NCBI GenBank assembly: GCA_030141605.1 | Contig: JAQGDQ010000084.1 | Location: forward strand, 434,001 to 498,000 | Source: Tubiluchus corallicola | Taxonomy: Eukaryota > Animalia > Priapulida | DNA length: 64,000 nt | Reading direction: 5' to 3' | Part shown: positions 1-13,300 of the stretch, piece by piece | How positions within the stretch are numbered: position 1 is the first letter of the stretch | Layout of the letters: every line of letters begins with the position of its first letter | Notes under the pieces: model-generated | The model's database searches: none | The model's input: only the letters and a program-made list of their open reading frames with translations | What the model was told of the DNA's origin: nothing | Made by a program: the position numbers and the translations under genes

Positions 1-1713
1 TCTTCATCTTAATCAATGTCGAAATTAAACTGTCAGCTAAGCAAATCAATTGACAGCAATCATGGCAGTCAGTGATGCTGAGCTGCATAATTATGCCCCC
101 CCCCCACAAGAATCCAAGTCATAAACTCTCCTACTGCGGCAGCAAAATCCATATTGATCAGCTCTTACAATAACAAAAGACCTGTTTTCTTTGCTCGAGC
201 AAAGTTAAGTTTAACTCTTTACCTCTCTGTTCGAGGTCTTTGCCAAATCAACTCGAGTAACTACAACTTGAAATTTCGTGCGTGGAATATTTTATCTTGC
301 ATCACAAAATAAATTGAAATTAATTAAATTATAATATAAGGCAGACAGCAGTTCTAATGTCTGAAAAACAGACTGTCGTATTTCCAAGCCAATACCCATT
401 AGTCACTTATGGCTTTTCTTGTACCAACAAACACATGCCATAATAAAAATTTAGGATAGGTTAAAACAGCGCAGAGAAATAAAATAAAATTACGTTCAAG
501 CAACCAATGGTCAATCTAACACCGGAAACAATGTATGGGGTAACAATTCACCACTTGAATGTTTTAACCCATCACCAATGCGTTGCTGCACATTAAGCAA
601 GCCATTCACAATCATTCAAACTACTGGTAGAGTCTAAAGAGCACGATACAGCATTCACCAAGGTAGTAAAAGAAGAGAGATTAGTTCAGAGTGTTTCTCA
701 CCACTGTTAAATACAAGTACAGGTGTATTGTAAAAAAAATTTGTAAAGGCTCCAATGAAGAGCATTACCCCAATAATTTTGGTAGGTATCTGCAGCCAAC
801 GAATCGTCATCCGGCGAAATCCAATTGGGCATGAAAGCAAAGCAAAAATCATTTAATCAGACTTTGTTGGCATCCCTGAGGAAAAACGCACATTTCTGAA
901 GTGCTTATAAACTATATTAAATAATATATATGAACTGGGTTCACTGGGGATTCGGTCGAACAGAAAGGATAATATTTTAAACATTATCAATACATGGTTT
1001 GCGAAATAAACTCCGTAGAAAACTGTGTTTGTTTGAAACGCAAAAATGGCAAGAGCTGTTTGCTCTTTGAACTTTATAAAAAACACGACTATAACAGTTA
1101 CCTGAAAGAAAGTCAAAAGTTGTAAGATTGAAAACCGGTATTTTTGCCACTGTGAACTAACTACCAGGAATCTACCCTGGCAAGCAATTTTGAAATGAAA
1201 CGGCGAGGAAAACGTAACTAAAAGGTCAACAAAATTGCAAACTTCTCCGACTTACAATCCCATGCAGTGCCTATGCGCAGAAGCACAAGTAAACACATAT
1301 CATCTGGTAATACCTGCAGAGGAACACCAGGACTAGGATGTAACTTATCAGTAATGGGACTAGAGACGAAATTTTATACAAAAATTATAGAAGTTTATCT
1401 GTCTCAAATAAAACCTGGCATTAACAGCAAAATGGTCCAACAACTTATAAACAACATTATATTAGAACAGTAAGGGTTCTATAATGATAAAAATCATCCG
1501 AAATGTCTTGCTGAGCCAATGTTGTTGGATTATTTTACCTGTGTTTCTAAAACACTTTTAGTTTCATAACTAATATGACTTGCTTAATAAAAAAATTTGC
1601 TTTTATCATCAAACTAAAGACCTGAGGGTCTCAAAGCATATCAGCAAACTGAACAAATTGTTTTTCAGTTATAAATCTAAAACATCAAGCAATATATCAC
1701 ATTATTTATAATA

Positions 1714-2359
1714 TGTGTGCTTGCCTAGCAAAATCGTCTATAAGTCGGCAATTAAGTTTTCCTAGTTATTCACATATCACTGAATCTCCATTTCATGAGG
1801 ATCATTTTGATATCAAGTTCATCACTCTTTGTTATTTTCTAAGCTGAGATAATCCACGTTGAAGTTGAGGTGCAGGCTACACACTGAAAAACATAATCTT
1901 GAGAAAAATGCTGTTAAAGTCAGCCATTGTTTTTTGTCGAGTTTCTACAAAACACTTAACAACCCGTACGAATGTTGATTGCTACGGACTTTGCAAGAAC
2001 ACATTGATGTTATTCTTAAATCCAGTAGGTGGCTCTTCCTGAAGAAGATCTGGGCTTGGCAACAGAAAAAACCCAAAGCAAAATGAATGCTTCCACGTAC
2101 TACTATAGGAGTTTGAAAATATACGTTTTTCACAATTGCAGTACTAGTTCCTAGCACGAAAAACAGGTGTAGGTATTAAAATCTGATTTTTAGTATTTTT
2201 TGAACATTTTTTTGATAGTTTGATGTTAGAATATAAAAGTCCAATATAAAAAACAAAAAATTGATATTTGACCAAGTTTTTGGTGTTTTCTACTTTCACA
2301 ACATCACAACTCAGCTTTAATTATGGCGACATATGGACGGTTTTGGTTTGCAAGCACAC
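1714..2359 (+). mobile_element. MITE family A (about 650 bp, about 40-bp imperfect TIR), copy 1
   Basis: Starts TGTGTGCTTGCCTAGCAAAATCGTCTATAAGTCGGCA and ends ...GGACGGTTTTGGTTTGCAAGCACAC (inverted). Five copies in the window. Confidence 0.8.
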
Positions 2360-2406
2360 CTTTATAAGCAATCGAATTTAGCAATAAAAAGTGAAGTTAC
2401 AATTAC

Positions 2407-2593
2407 CGTAACCTTTTGTTCCATCGTTACTAGATGTCGGGCTGATCAATTCTACACTTGCAGCATCAGGAGGAACGCCTGCAGGTGATGTGGCACCGTA
2501 CCCAGGCCCAGATTCCCCCTGGGCATCTGCGTCATTGTGGTCAGTTGAAGCTTTTGTCACAACAAACCGAATTCCTTCGGGACCCGCGGACAT
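2407..2593 (-). CDS. First coding exon of a probable SLC12A4-7 (KCC, K-Cl cotransporter) gene; remainder lies left of the window
   Basis: Strong acceptor (polypyrimidine tract + cag, exon start 2618), ATG at 2593, phase-1 donor gtaatt after 2407. Encodes MSAGPEGIRFVVTKASTDHND...TKGY. RFVVTKA is an RFxV SPAK/OSR1-docking motif resembling invertebrate KCC N-termini (e.g. RFQVTKA). The family call rests on this short motif only. Confidence 0.6.
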
Positions 2594-2709
2594 GATGATG
2601 CATTCAGCAGTTTTAATACTGAAAAAAAGAAAAGAAAATTAAGAAGAATTTTCCTGGGCATGTGTTCCAGACAGTATTACTCTGAGAAATCAGTTTTTTG
2701 ATGTTATAA

Positions 2710-3171
2710 CAGGGCTGTTGAGTTGGAGTCAGAGTCATGGAGTCAGACTCGTGGACTCAGAGTCATGGAGTCGGCAGTAAATTTATTGCTAAAGGAGTCA
2801 GAGTTGTTAAAACTTAGGGTTTTGTAGTCGGTGTCGGGACTCAGGAATACACTTATTGTTAAAGGAGTGTTGGAGTCGATAAAAAAATATCGAACTCAAA
2901 CTCGATTTACTTTTAAGTTTTAATGCATTTATGCATAATGTCCCACTTTGGGATGCTGTCATATTGGTGCAGCTAGACTGTTTTTCAAGCATAAGAAGTA
3001 GTGATGAAATGCCACCGTAGCTAAATATTGAGAGTACTACAAACTATTGCTTAAAGGCAGGTGTCGGAGTTGGGGCTCCAAAAATTTTAGGAGTCGAAGC
3101 CAAAGTCGGATCTAAAATTTCAGCAGTCAGACTCGGAGTTAGGAGCTTAATGTACCGACTCCACAGCCCTG
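2710..3171. mobile_element. hAT-like MITE with GGAGTC subterminal repeats
   Basis: TIR CAGGGCTGT(T/G)GAGT...ACTCCACAGCCCTG; near-perfect 8-bp TSD tgttataa/tgttatag; many GGAGTC/AGAGTC repeats near both ends. Confidence 0.8.
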
Positions 3172-5699
3172 TGTTATAGTACTTAGTGAAGAAGCAAACT
3201 CATCATTAGAAATTTATCAAGCGAAGCAGCAATGTGCCAAACTAAACCGAGAACCGAATGTTTTGCATTTGGTTCAAACAGAATCGAACCGAATATATGC
3301 AATGTCAATTTTTCCACAACTGTATTACATATCATTTTATTATTACAACCAGTTTAACAGTTGACAGTTAGTCACTTGTATCTGAGATTTAGTGTTAAAC
3401 TAAGACATTAGAATGCTGTTACTGAAATGAAAACTTTAAGTCAGGAACACAGGTTTGTACAGAGAAAATCCGCAATTGCTACATTTTTACGCAACAATGG
3501 GTAAAATCTTTCACGCAAAACTAAAATTGCAGTTCATAACGTTTGCGTGATGTGCTAAGTTATTTGCGAAAGTTGTCGCCTTTTGGTAGAGACAAAGCTG
3601 ACGACAAGCAAAAAATCGTTAACTTAACAAACATTAAAACTTTAATTGTTGCCAATTTTTGCTAAAAAATAACATATATGTAATGGTAGAATGAGTTTAT
3701 TTGCTAGATAATTACAAAAGAGACAGTGAGTTGAAATTAGACGATGAGCACCATTTCAATACTACTTTGGCAAAAAGACCTAAATCAACCCATATCAAAT
3801 ATATGATATGTATTCGGAAACAAATATTCATCTCATACTCCAGCCAAACTTCCTCTCTACTTATCATTTTACTTAATTATTTTAACTACATTTATGGTTC
3901 TTAATTTTATGCATTTTCCTCACATTTGCTGTTACAGAATCTTGTCAGCAAGCCAACATATAAATAAATGATCAGCGTAGAAATCATGTTTATCCAGCGA
4001 TTCTCCTGGCTATCCTCAAGACCAGAAATATCAGTGACCTTAAGAATTGTAAACATACTACCAAAAGTTTATAAAGGAATCTCCATTACACTAAGCGCCT
4101 CTTAATAGACTCACTTTGGCATGGAAGTGTTGTGACCCAATTAACTGGCTGAGTCGATTAGCCGAAGGGCGCAACCTATTACTACTACAGAAGTATGAGC
4201 CATAACTCATCGCCTTAGTATGCATTGCAAAAGCTTTAATGAATTTTAGAACAAATTAAGGTCAAAATTCATGTGAGCAATTATTTAGGAATACTAATTT
4301 ATATAAGTGAATTAATAAAAATATGGAAATACAAAAATCGCAAGTGATTAAATGTTTAGCTTCCAAAAACGAGGTTAATTGCAATTTGCAACAGACAAGT
4401 GGGTGACACATTCAAAGCAAATCCACTAAGCCAACATATCAACGTGTATGATAAACATACTGTACCTGCTTATAAATAAAGCTGTACTTAACGTGACTGT
4501 TTCTACGTATATTATAGTGCACAGAATCGATGTAAAGATCACATAAAAGTAGTCAATTACATTTGAGTCAATTATCGACAGTTTTTACACACATTTGAAT
4601 AGGAGCAGCTCATTCCAGGTGTTTTCGAGTCAATTAAGCGACTGAGTTTATTAACTGTGAGTCTAATAAATGGCTTCTACTGCACTTATACTGATTACCG
4701 AATTAAAAGAATTAAGTTGCTCCTTCAAACTAGTTTAATAGCTGTAATTTCTGAACTACTCAATATCATTCCTCATAACTGAGGTGTTTGCATTTTACAT
4801 TTTGCAAAAGTCAATCACTACCCATTCAGTGCAGACTTACTTTGCAATGTAGGCCCATTTATAATAACAATTGCAGTAAAGTAAAATAAAGAAATAAAAA
4901 CAAAATAGATAAACAATAAAAACAATAAAATTCATGTTACTGTACAGATTTTATTTTCTTAAACAAAACACAATCTGAATAAGACACATTTCATTTATGC
5001 AACTTTAATAATGGTTCAAAAGCTTAAAATATCAAAGAAAATGACTTTCAAAGTTTCCAAAGAACATACCCCTAATTGCCTCCAAACTCTTGTATTACTG
5101 CTCCAAATTTCACTGTTTCTGCTATTTGAACAATATGTAACGGCGGATATGTAACGATGAATATTTAAAACAATCATCAATAAACTTAAACTTACTTGTA
5201 GATTCAGATTGTAGCTCTGGTAAATAATGTAAACTTTCCAACTTAATTACGTAACTTCGATCTTAGCTTTCTAAAGTAAATAACGGTTGAAAAGTTCATT
5301 AGCGCTATGTCTTTTTTGTTTTTTATGCTGTACAAGAAGGCAAAAGTTGAACGTAATTATATAATTTATTCCACAGAATCCATACTAAATTACAAAATTG
5401 AATTTAACTCCTTGCAGAACTTACCAAAACAGTACTATAACACTGAACAACTGCAAAATTTGCACCTTCTAAATCTTCTTTAAGTTTTTAAAATCATAAA
5501 CTTAAAAACCGAAACGTTTTGTGTCAGTGCCAAGTTAGTAAATGTCAGTGAACCACCGTATGCAATTAGCCAATCTTGACTCGGTTAGTTCGATTCAGTT
5601 CAGTTCAGTGCCTAAACCTTTTTGTCAAAGACTGTTACTCGCCTGAAAGGAAAAAAAAGAAAAAAAATTTAAATCAAGCTCTTCCAATCTCACAACGAC

Positions 5700-6200
5700 T
5701 CCTGAATATGTCAACATTTTGAAACAGTCACCAACTCACACACTCCTTATTTGAGACACCTTCGCAAATAACATTTCCTCTCTCTCATTTTCATAAAAAT
5801 GCAACATAACGAAATGTTCCAAAGTCTCTGGTTCCAATCCACATCTGCAAATTCTCTCCTGTTCATCCAGCTTCCATCTAAACACTGGATTACCATTTAT
5901 TTCCAAAGCTCCAATTCGTGCTTTTACCAATAACTCAGTATTGTACATAATCATTCATCCAACTTTCAAAGAAAGGTCTTGCCTTGTTACACACGTATCT
6001 CCCAGCCATTGAACAATTTTCAAGTTTGTTTTGCCACAGTTGTAAACCTTTCTCTCACACATGACATCATTCCAAATTTCACTCAGATTTATTGCAGTTT
6101 CTCTAAACCATCATAAATCACTTCATCTAATGCCAAAAACCTCTAAACCAAATTTATCTGATCGAAAAACTTATTAATTTTCTCACCCACTTAAATCGCA
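5700..6200 (-). mobile_element. Degenerate non-LTR retrotransposon ORF2 C-terminal fragment
   Basis: Track ORF 5736-5954, LLVKARIGALEIN...CRCGLEPETLEHFVM, resembles the C-terminal CCHC region of LINE ORF2. Confidence 0.6.
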
Positions 6201-6866
6201 TCCTGTCAAGCACTGCAAATGTTATTACCTTTAAGCCAATCTATTATTATCCATAAAAATAATTCTGTGTAAATACTCTAACTCTGCTTTAGTCTAGCTT
6301 CCTTTAGCATAAAGGAAGAAAATCCACTTCACCTATTATTGCTGCACCGTTACATATATCCATTTGCCTTCCATATCCATCTATCAAATTTAACCTGCAT
6401 GCTACAATAAAAGTTCACCTTCTTTTGACAAAAAATTCTTCAAACACAGACACAGCCAAACATTACAATTACAGTCATCCAACCAGTTCTTCCTACTTTG
6501 TACTTCCTACTTCCAGAACCAATGTTGGTAAACATTTATTTCCCCTAATGGCCCTATAACTTGGAATAAATTACCTAAATACATTAAAACCTCTGTGTCA
6601 ATTCATAAACTAAAGAAAAATGTAAATCACACATATTTGCCACATATTCCGAATGATCAGTGATCACTTTGAATGTGTGGATGTATAATGTATATATCAA
6701 TATGCCTCTTTTTATTTCATTCTTATTTTGGCTATATTTATGCTTTAGAAATATTATCATGACTTAATCGTCATCATAACATCATCATACTAACACGTGT
6801 CATTCATGTATTCCTCACCAACATGCTGAATTTCCACCTTTTGCACCTTGTCCTCATTCTAGAAGA

Positions 6867-6868
<2 letters not shown>

Positions 6869-6958
<90 letters not shown>

Positions 6959-6966
6959 GCGTGTGT
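6869..6966 (+). repeat. (GT)n microsatellite
   Basis: Directly visible; produces the poly-HT track ORF. Confidence 0.98.
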
Positions 6967-9019
6967 GAGTGCATGTGAGAGTGAATGAGTGTGAGAGAGC
7001 GATCATTTAATGCACTTCTGTTTTGTTTCTTAAATTTCAAATTTACCATTAATCAGGGCAGGACCAACACAACATTTTCTTCCTGGTGTTGTCCAGAGGC
7101 ATACCAGTAGTCTCATTAAAAACTATATGTTGATGTTTTTTCCTTGTAAAATATGTGTTAAATTATTGCTTTCGGTAAAAATTATCATTGTATGCTCATG
7201 GTAAATCTAACAATAAATTCTAAGTTCTATTTCCCTTCTTGAATTGGATGACATAGCCATCTAACTTAACATGCCAATAGCGTTCCCCAGATCTCGAATC
7301 CTTTCTTTCCAACTGTCTTCATTTTCACAATTTCTTCCCAAATATTTTTCCTTACTTGACTTCTTTACTTGTGCAAACTGTAACGACCATAATGGTAACA
7401 ACGACCAAAAGTAATTGATATCTATGGTTGACGTACATCTTAAAATAAAAACATGTTAAAGAGTTCATGATTCATGATCAGCTGTGGCGCACATAATAAT
7501 TAACACGTGTTGTTACTAGTCATAATAAATTACTCTAAACTTCAAAGGCCATAAGCCCATAATCAAATATGGCAGTCATAATTTCAATTCCCTGGACATT
7601 TTTAAGCAAACCTAAGCAGCTGTGAAAAACGACAAGGGCAAAGAAACGATAACAACAACAAAAATAACAAGCAACAACATTGCACAAAAAACATCAGCGG
7701 GAACAATATGGAATTAACTAAAAATTGAAAAGTTAACCTGGGTGGTGAACAATTCAAAGCTCGTTCAGGCAGATACATTTCACATGCACCATGCTGTCTA
7801 TCAGTTTACAAAAAACTAGACTTCTGGAAAATTCAAAAAAATTTTTGGCTCCCTAGCTGCTTGTTCATGATATATGGGCGCGAATACACAGTGTTTCTAG
7901 ACATCTCAAAAGCAATTTCAAAAACAGTTTCAGGTCTTTGAAATGTTTCTACGATGTTTTAGTGACGGTTGTGACAGTGTCTATGAAAATACTTAAATAT
8001 TTGCAAATTAAATCGATACATGCAACATTAATACGTGAGTTAATAGTTATCCTTTCAGATCATTTTTATAAAAACAGCAGTTACGCATTTTTGAAGCATC
8101 TTTCAAACTCTGTAGTCGTGTGCTCTGCAATAAAACGGTTTTTGAAACAACTTAAAAAGTTGTGAACATGCTACGTGTTTGTTGGCCACCAGACGTCACT
8201 GGGACATGAATATGAAAATAATTATGAACATTCATCGCTACTTTGCTAGTGCATGTACATGATGATACTATCTTCAGCATCATATATTTATATCAGTCTG
8301 GTGCCATCATCTATTAGAATAGCTAAACAAGTAGGGCCTGTAGAGTGTAGGAGTAAAAAAGATTTATAGGTGAGCCCTATCCTTGCTATAAGCTGTAAAC
8401 TATTATTAATTTTTGAAGGCTGGTCAGGACTATAAACTAATTACTGATGAAGTCGTAGACTAAATAAATGATGTTTCATATTATCCAGCTTAAAGGCATT
8501 AAGAAAACCTGGACATGAATATCATGTTGATTAGTTTATTTTGCTTGAGTAATATTATATTGTATTACATCATATATTATAATGTAAAATTATTAATCTT
8601 TTGCCAAAAATTCCATATCTTCATTTTGAGGTACATTTTGTTTTTCAGTGGCTAAAGCTACAGCCTTAATTACCTAATAATTATTGGTAATTTTGCTGCA
8701 GCATTATTTTATACTAATTATTCTACCAACTTATAAGTTATAATAAAAATTCTAATTTTAATTATAAAAAATTACGTTACAGCAAGTCTGTACAGCAAGA
8801 TAAAATGCTAGTATATAAAGTGTTGCATTAGCAAATGAATTTCAGCATTAACCACTGACGTTTCGGGGTTTACTTGAAAAAATAATTGCCGGATTTTGCT
8901 ACAGTATAACTTGAATGAAAATTGAAAAGCAATATTGACTGTGGAGCCTGCTAGCATTGCTTTAGTCGTGTTAGACTGGCATTTACGTATTGAAATGAAA
9001 ATAAATGATATTTAAATTT

Positions 9020-9420
9020 CAAGACTGCGTATTTTGCCGTTTACAGACGCGGTGATATTGAAATCGTTTATGGCGTTTTCTGGAGTTACCTGCGTAAAGT
9101 CCTAGCCACGACTTAGGTGATTTTTTTAGGTTTACTGCAGTTCAGAATCAGTAAATTTTACTAACTTGATACTAAGGACGTTACAGCAAATTCCACAAGA
9201 ATAACTCACCATACTAGAGAGTTTTGGTTGCAAACAAATGAAATAAATAGCTTAAAAAACGTCACTACAGGCAATCTCTCTGACACAGTCAGAATCACGC
9301 TTTGTACGTTTCGTTTCACATTGATTCCCATGACTAATTATTGAAGAATCTAAATGATTTAAATTCTTTAGATAGCACGAGACAAAGAAAACACGCAGCT
9401 ACAACCGAAAATTGATGTAG
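9020..9420. promoter_or_regulatory. Probable bidirectional promoter / non-coding first exons of the KCC-like (minus) and RNF212 (plus) genes
   Basis: Both start codons follow splice acceptors, so both genes need upstream non-coding exons. Strong minus-strand donors at 9209 (gtgagt) and 9089 (cag|gtaact). Locally CpG-richer and repeat-free. Inferred; no transcript data. Confidence 0.4.
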
Positions 9421-10367
9421 TAACTAGTTTTTAGTAATACTACTGCTGAGTACTGGCATTATACTATTACTAGCAATGATTATACCAACTTGTAGTGTTT
9501 ACTAGTAGCTAGTTTTTATTATTACTACTACTAGCATTATAGCAATGATTATACCAACTTATAAGTTAGAATTTCGTATAGAATTGATGAGGGAAGGCAT
9601 AATTTTCTAATCTAATCTAAAAATATATATAACCTAAAATATGCATGTTAATCCTATCTAACTGCTAAGTCAGAATTGTGGAGAAAGTGTCAAACATGAC
9701 CATAGAAACTTACAATGAGTTTGTGATTGTAAAACACTTGTAAATGAGAGTAGTCTATGAGTACGACCATCACGATCAATTTCAATTCAATTCAGTTTTA
9801 TTTGAACAAATACATACAATGTACGTTGGCAAAGCAATACAACTTAAATACCATGCTAAACCAAAAAAATACAATAGGCTGTGTGTAAAGATATTTTCAT
9901 AGACAAATGTTAAGATATGGCATACTGATACAAAAGTCACAGTTACATAAAAATTGTATAATTTAGCAATGAAAAAAGAAAAGTGAATTAAAAGTAGTAG
10001 GTATCTGTACCAGCACCTTCTGTGATTGTAGCAAAAACTCTTCTAATACACTCTTAACTCATTAACCCTATTTATTCTAATGGCTTCACCAACCATTATA
10101 TAGAACACCACTGCACCTTATCACACAAGCCATCAAATAGTGTTTATAAACAAAACTACTGCAAGCCTTAATTTTAAGCTTGGTTGGTTTTTTATTAACT
10201 GTTGCCATTCTTGTCATTAAAATTTTTAGATAGTTTTACTTATTTTAAATAAAATAAATAAGCATCTAAAGTCATTGAACCAATTTTTCAGCATTTGAGA
10301 ATCGAGATTCGCGATCGCAGTTTTAAGATTCATGGCTGCTCAATCTGAGTAGAAATCACGCTTTTAG

Positions 10368-13300
10368 ATGGCTGACTGGATACATTGTAATGGCTGCTAT
10401 AAACAACCTGGTGATGGAGGAGGCTTTTTGTTAACCAACTGCGGTCACATATATTGTAAAGACTGTATTCAGAAATGTAAGTTTTTTTAGTTTTCATTCA
10501 ATTCAATTGATTTTATTTCCTCAAACATTCATTTCACATTATAATATTATAGAAGTAGAAAATTTCAGTAATATTCGAGCAGGAGCAGCGAAAGACCAAT
10601 TAGTCACTAACTCAGCTGCTCCTTTTTGAACAACAGAATTTTTTTTGAAAGGCGCAAATGAAAAAGCAAATAAAAAATATCAAATCGTAAATATGTTATG
10701 TCTAACAAGCCAAAGGCAAAACAAAAAGCAAAATATAGATCTTTATTTGAGATTTTAGTTGGTCATCTGATACCCAAAATGTTTGTGTAATTTCACCTTT
10801 GAAACTGTAAGTCATACTGTTAGCAATCATTAATATTTTTCTTTCAAAACTCACAAACATGACGGACGACATTACTTGCCTATAGTGCTGCTAATACTAG
10901 CTACACAGTTGTACAAAATATGTGCACATATTTGTTTGTATGTTAAAATCTGGACAATATTTTTGGACGAAGGTCCAATTCGTTTTCAAGGCAAGAAACT
11001 GCAAAATTATGATCTATCTTTCCGAGATGAATCGTAGTATAGCTAATATACGACAGTTCTTTTACAGTTATGCAAGAAGTAGCCTCTAGTAGGCCTACAG
11101 TCAATCTCGGGTATAAAGTACTCGCTTATAAGGTACCACCAACACCGGTCCCGATTTTTCGTAACGTTTTTCCTTGTAAAAATCTTCGGGTCTTGCGTAT
11201 TAGAAACCCAGATAAATTGCCTCGCATATAAGGGACCCTATGATCAAAGCGAAATTGATTGACTTTTAACTTCAATTTTACACAAACTCGGCCTTTGAAC
11301 AGCTCGTTTTCCGAGGTCACATACATCTCGCATCACTGAAGGAGCTTCCGACATACCGTTTGCACCGAGTGTGTAAGAATAATCCATAAAAATATAGGTA
11401 AAAGTACAGAAAAGTACAGGTCTTGATACATCCTCAGTCTGACTCAACTTCGGCTATAAGGGACATCAGATATAAGGGACGGTTTTTTCCGGTCCGTAGG
11501 TGTCCCTTATATCCGAGGTTGAGTGTATATGCATTTTTTATATGTTGTAATAGCTCTATATTTTTTACACATTATTCTTTAGGTACCAATGAAACATGCA
11601 AGATGTGTAATAGTAAATATGTGGCTATCCAGTTAACAAACCAAGTAAGTTATGCGCTGTTTTAGTGGCTGATGCATATTGCAATTATCATGCATTCTAT
11701 TTTAGTTTCTCTGCGCTGAAACATTTTCTGTAGCTGTAGATAATAGGCGTACACATTAAGTGTACCACAGCAATGCATCTTAACTAGAACCGTCACTTGA
11801 CACATGAGTAAAGCTAAGCCGTCTGCTGCATCAGTTCAGTAACTTCAGTTGTTTTGCGTGGACTTTGCTGAACTATGCATTAGTCTGCATGTAGAGTGAC
11901 TTACCAGCAGGATCTTACTTGGTAACAAGAGAAAATGAACTAGGTAAGGTTCTAGCTAGCTGTTAATACCGTTACTATTACAACAGCATGGGCTGCTAGG
12001 CGTTATCAAGTGTACACAAATACGTTGTCTGGTATCTTTAAGCTTTGACCTTTTCATGATCATCATCAATCGCTGAAATTATGAAAAGGCTTATTACGCT
12101 ATGATACAGTGGCTATAGTGTACGTAATTTCAAAATTATCGCTCTTTCAACAATTTTTTTGACTCTTGTGCGATAAAAGTCGAATCCTTTTTATTTTTTA
12201 TTCGCATGGCCTTGGAAGAATTTTCAGGAATCATCACTATATTTGACCAACCTGCCTCCCTTATTTTTGAAATGTTCTTCATTTAAAACTGTGTCTTCAT
12301 GGTTTTTTGATTTTAAACACAAAATTAAAATGTATAATCAATGCTTTAAAAATTGTTTGGTATGTGTCACGGTGCCTTTTTTATATGCTTGCTCTCCCAA
12401 ACTTTAAATTGTCTGCTCCCGAACAGGCTACGCTCCTATTGTAATAGGGACACTTTTTTTACATCAGTGTAACCACATGTATATCACTACATATAAAAAT
12501 ATAGAGTCAATTATGCGGAGTTGTTTGAGTCAATTGCCGACAGTTTTTATATAGTTTTGCATAGGAGCGGCCTGTACTAGAGACGTTTTTGAGACAATTA
12601 CACGATTGATTCTACATTACGGTGAGTCTAATACACAGCAATTGCTGTATTAGCTTAGTGTCGGTAAATTTGGCAATTTCGGACCGATGTCACTTCCATT
12701 TTGTCCAGCAAACCGAGATACTCTATATTCTATATATAGTTATTACAGCATATATGCATGTAGTTGAACAAATTCTAATGGGACTCTTGGATACAATTCC
12801 AGCTTAATTTTCGCTCTTTTTATCATGTAACCTGATAATCAATAACTATAGATTTTTACTTCGTAGCTCAAACCCGAAGTACAACTTTTCTTTACTGATG
12901 CAATTGCGTTGAAAAATCGACTTGAAAAGGATTTGAAGGAAGTAAGTGATTATTTTTGTAGTTAGTATTATTAGCACAGACATTATTAGAAACTAAAATG
13001 ATTTTTAAAGACTAGATTGGTAGATACATACAGACTTTAAATAAACATTTATGTATCTATCTATCTAGTCTTCAAATCCTTCAGGACCATAAGTGTTTGC
13101 TGCATTTGCATGGTTTCATGAAAAACTGCTCTCACTAAGCAGTGATTATGCTATATTTGATCATTTTTGTAGGTTTATGCTCCTCACATAATTGATTTTC
13201 ATGCAAAATTATACATGCAATGCATTTGCTTAATTTAGATAAATTAAAAATGGATTTTTTACGAATAAATTGAAAAAAGCTTTCAGTGATTGCAGTGTTT

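Noticed and set aside
655-1116. Adjacent hydrophobic minus-strand ORFs as KCC transmembrane exons
   Set aside because: No SLC12 motifs and no phase-consistent splice sites; the hydrophobicity reflects T-rich sequence on the minus strand.
5196-5450. Small minus-strand AG/GT-bounded segments
   Set aside because: The longer one has stops in all three frames; they could be KCC 5' UTR exons but cannot be supported without transcripts.
6804-7049. His-Thr repeat ORF
   Set aside because: Translation of (GT)n.
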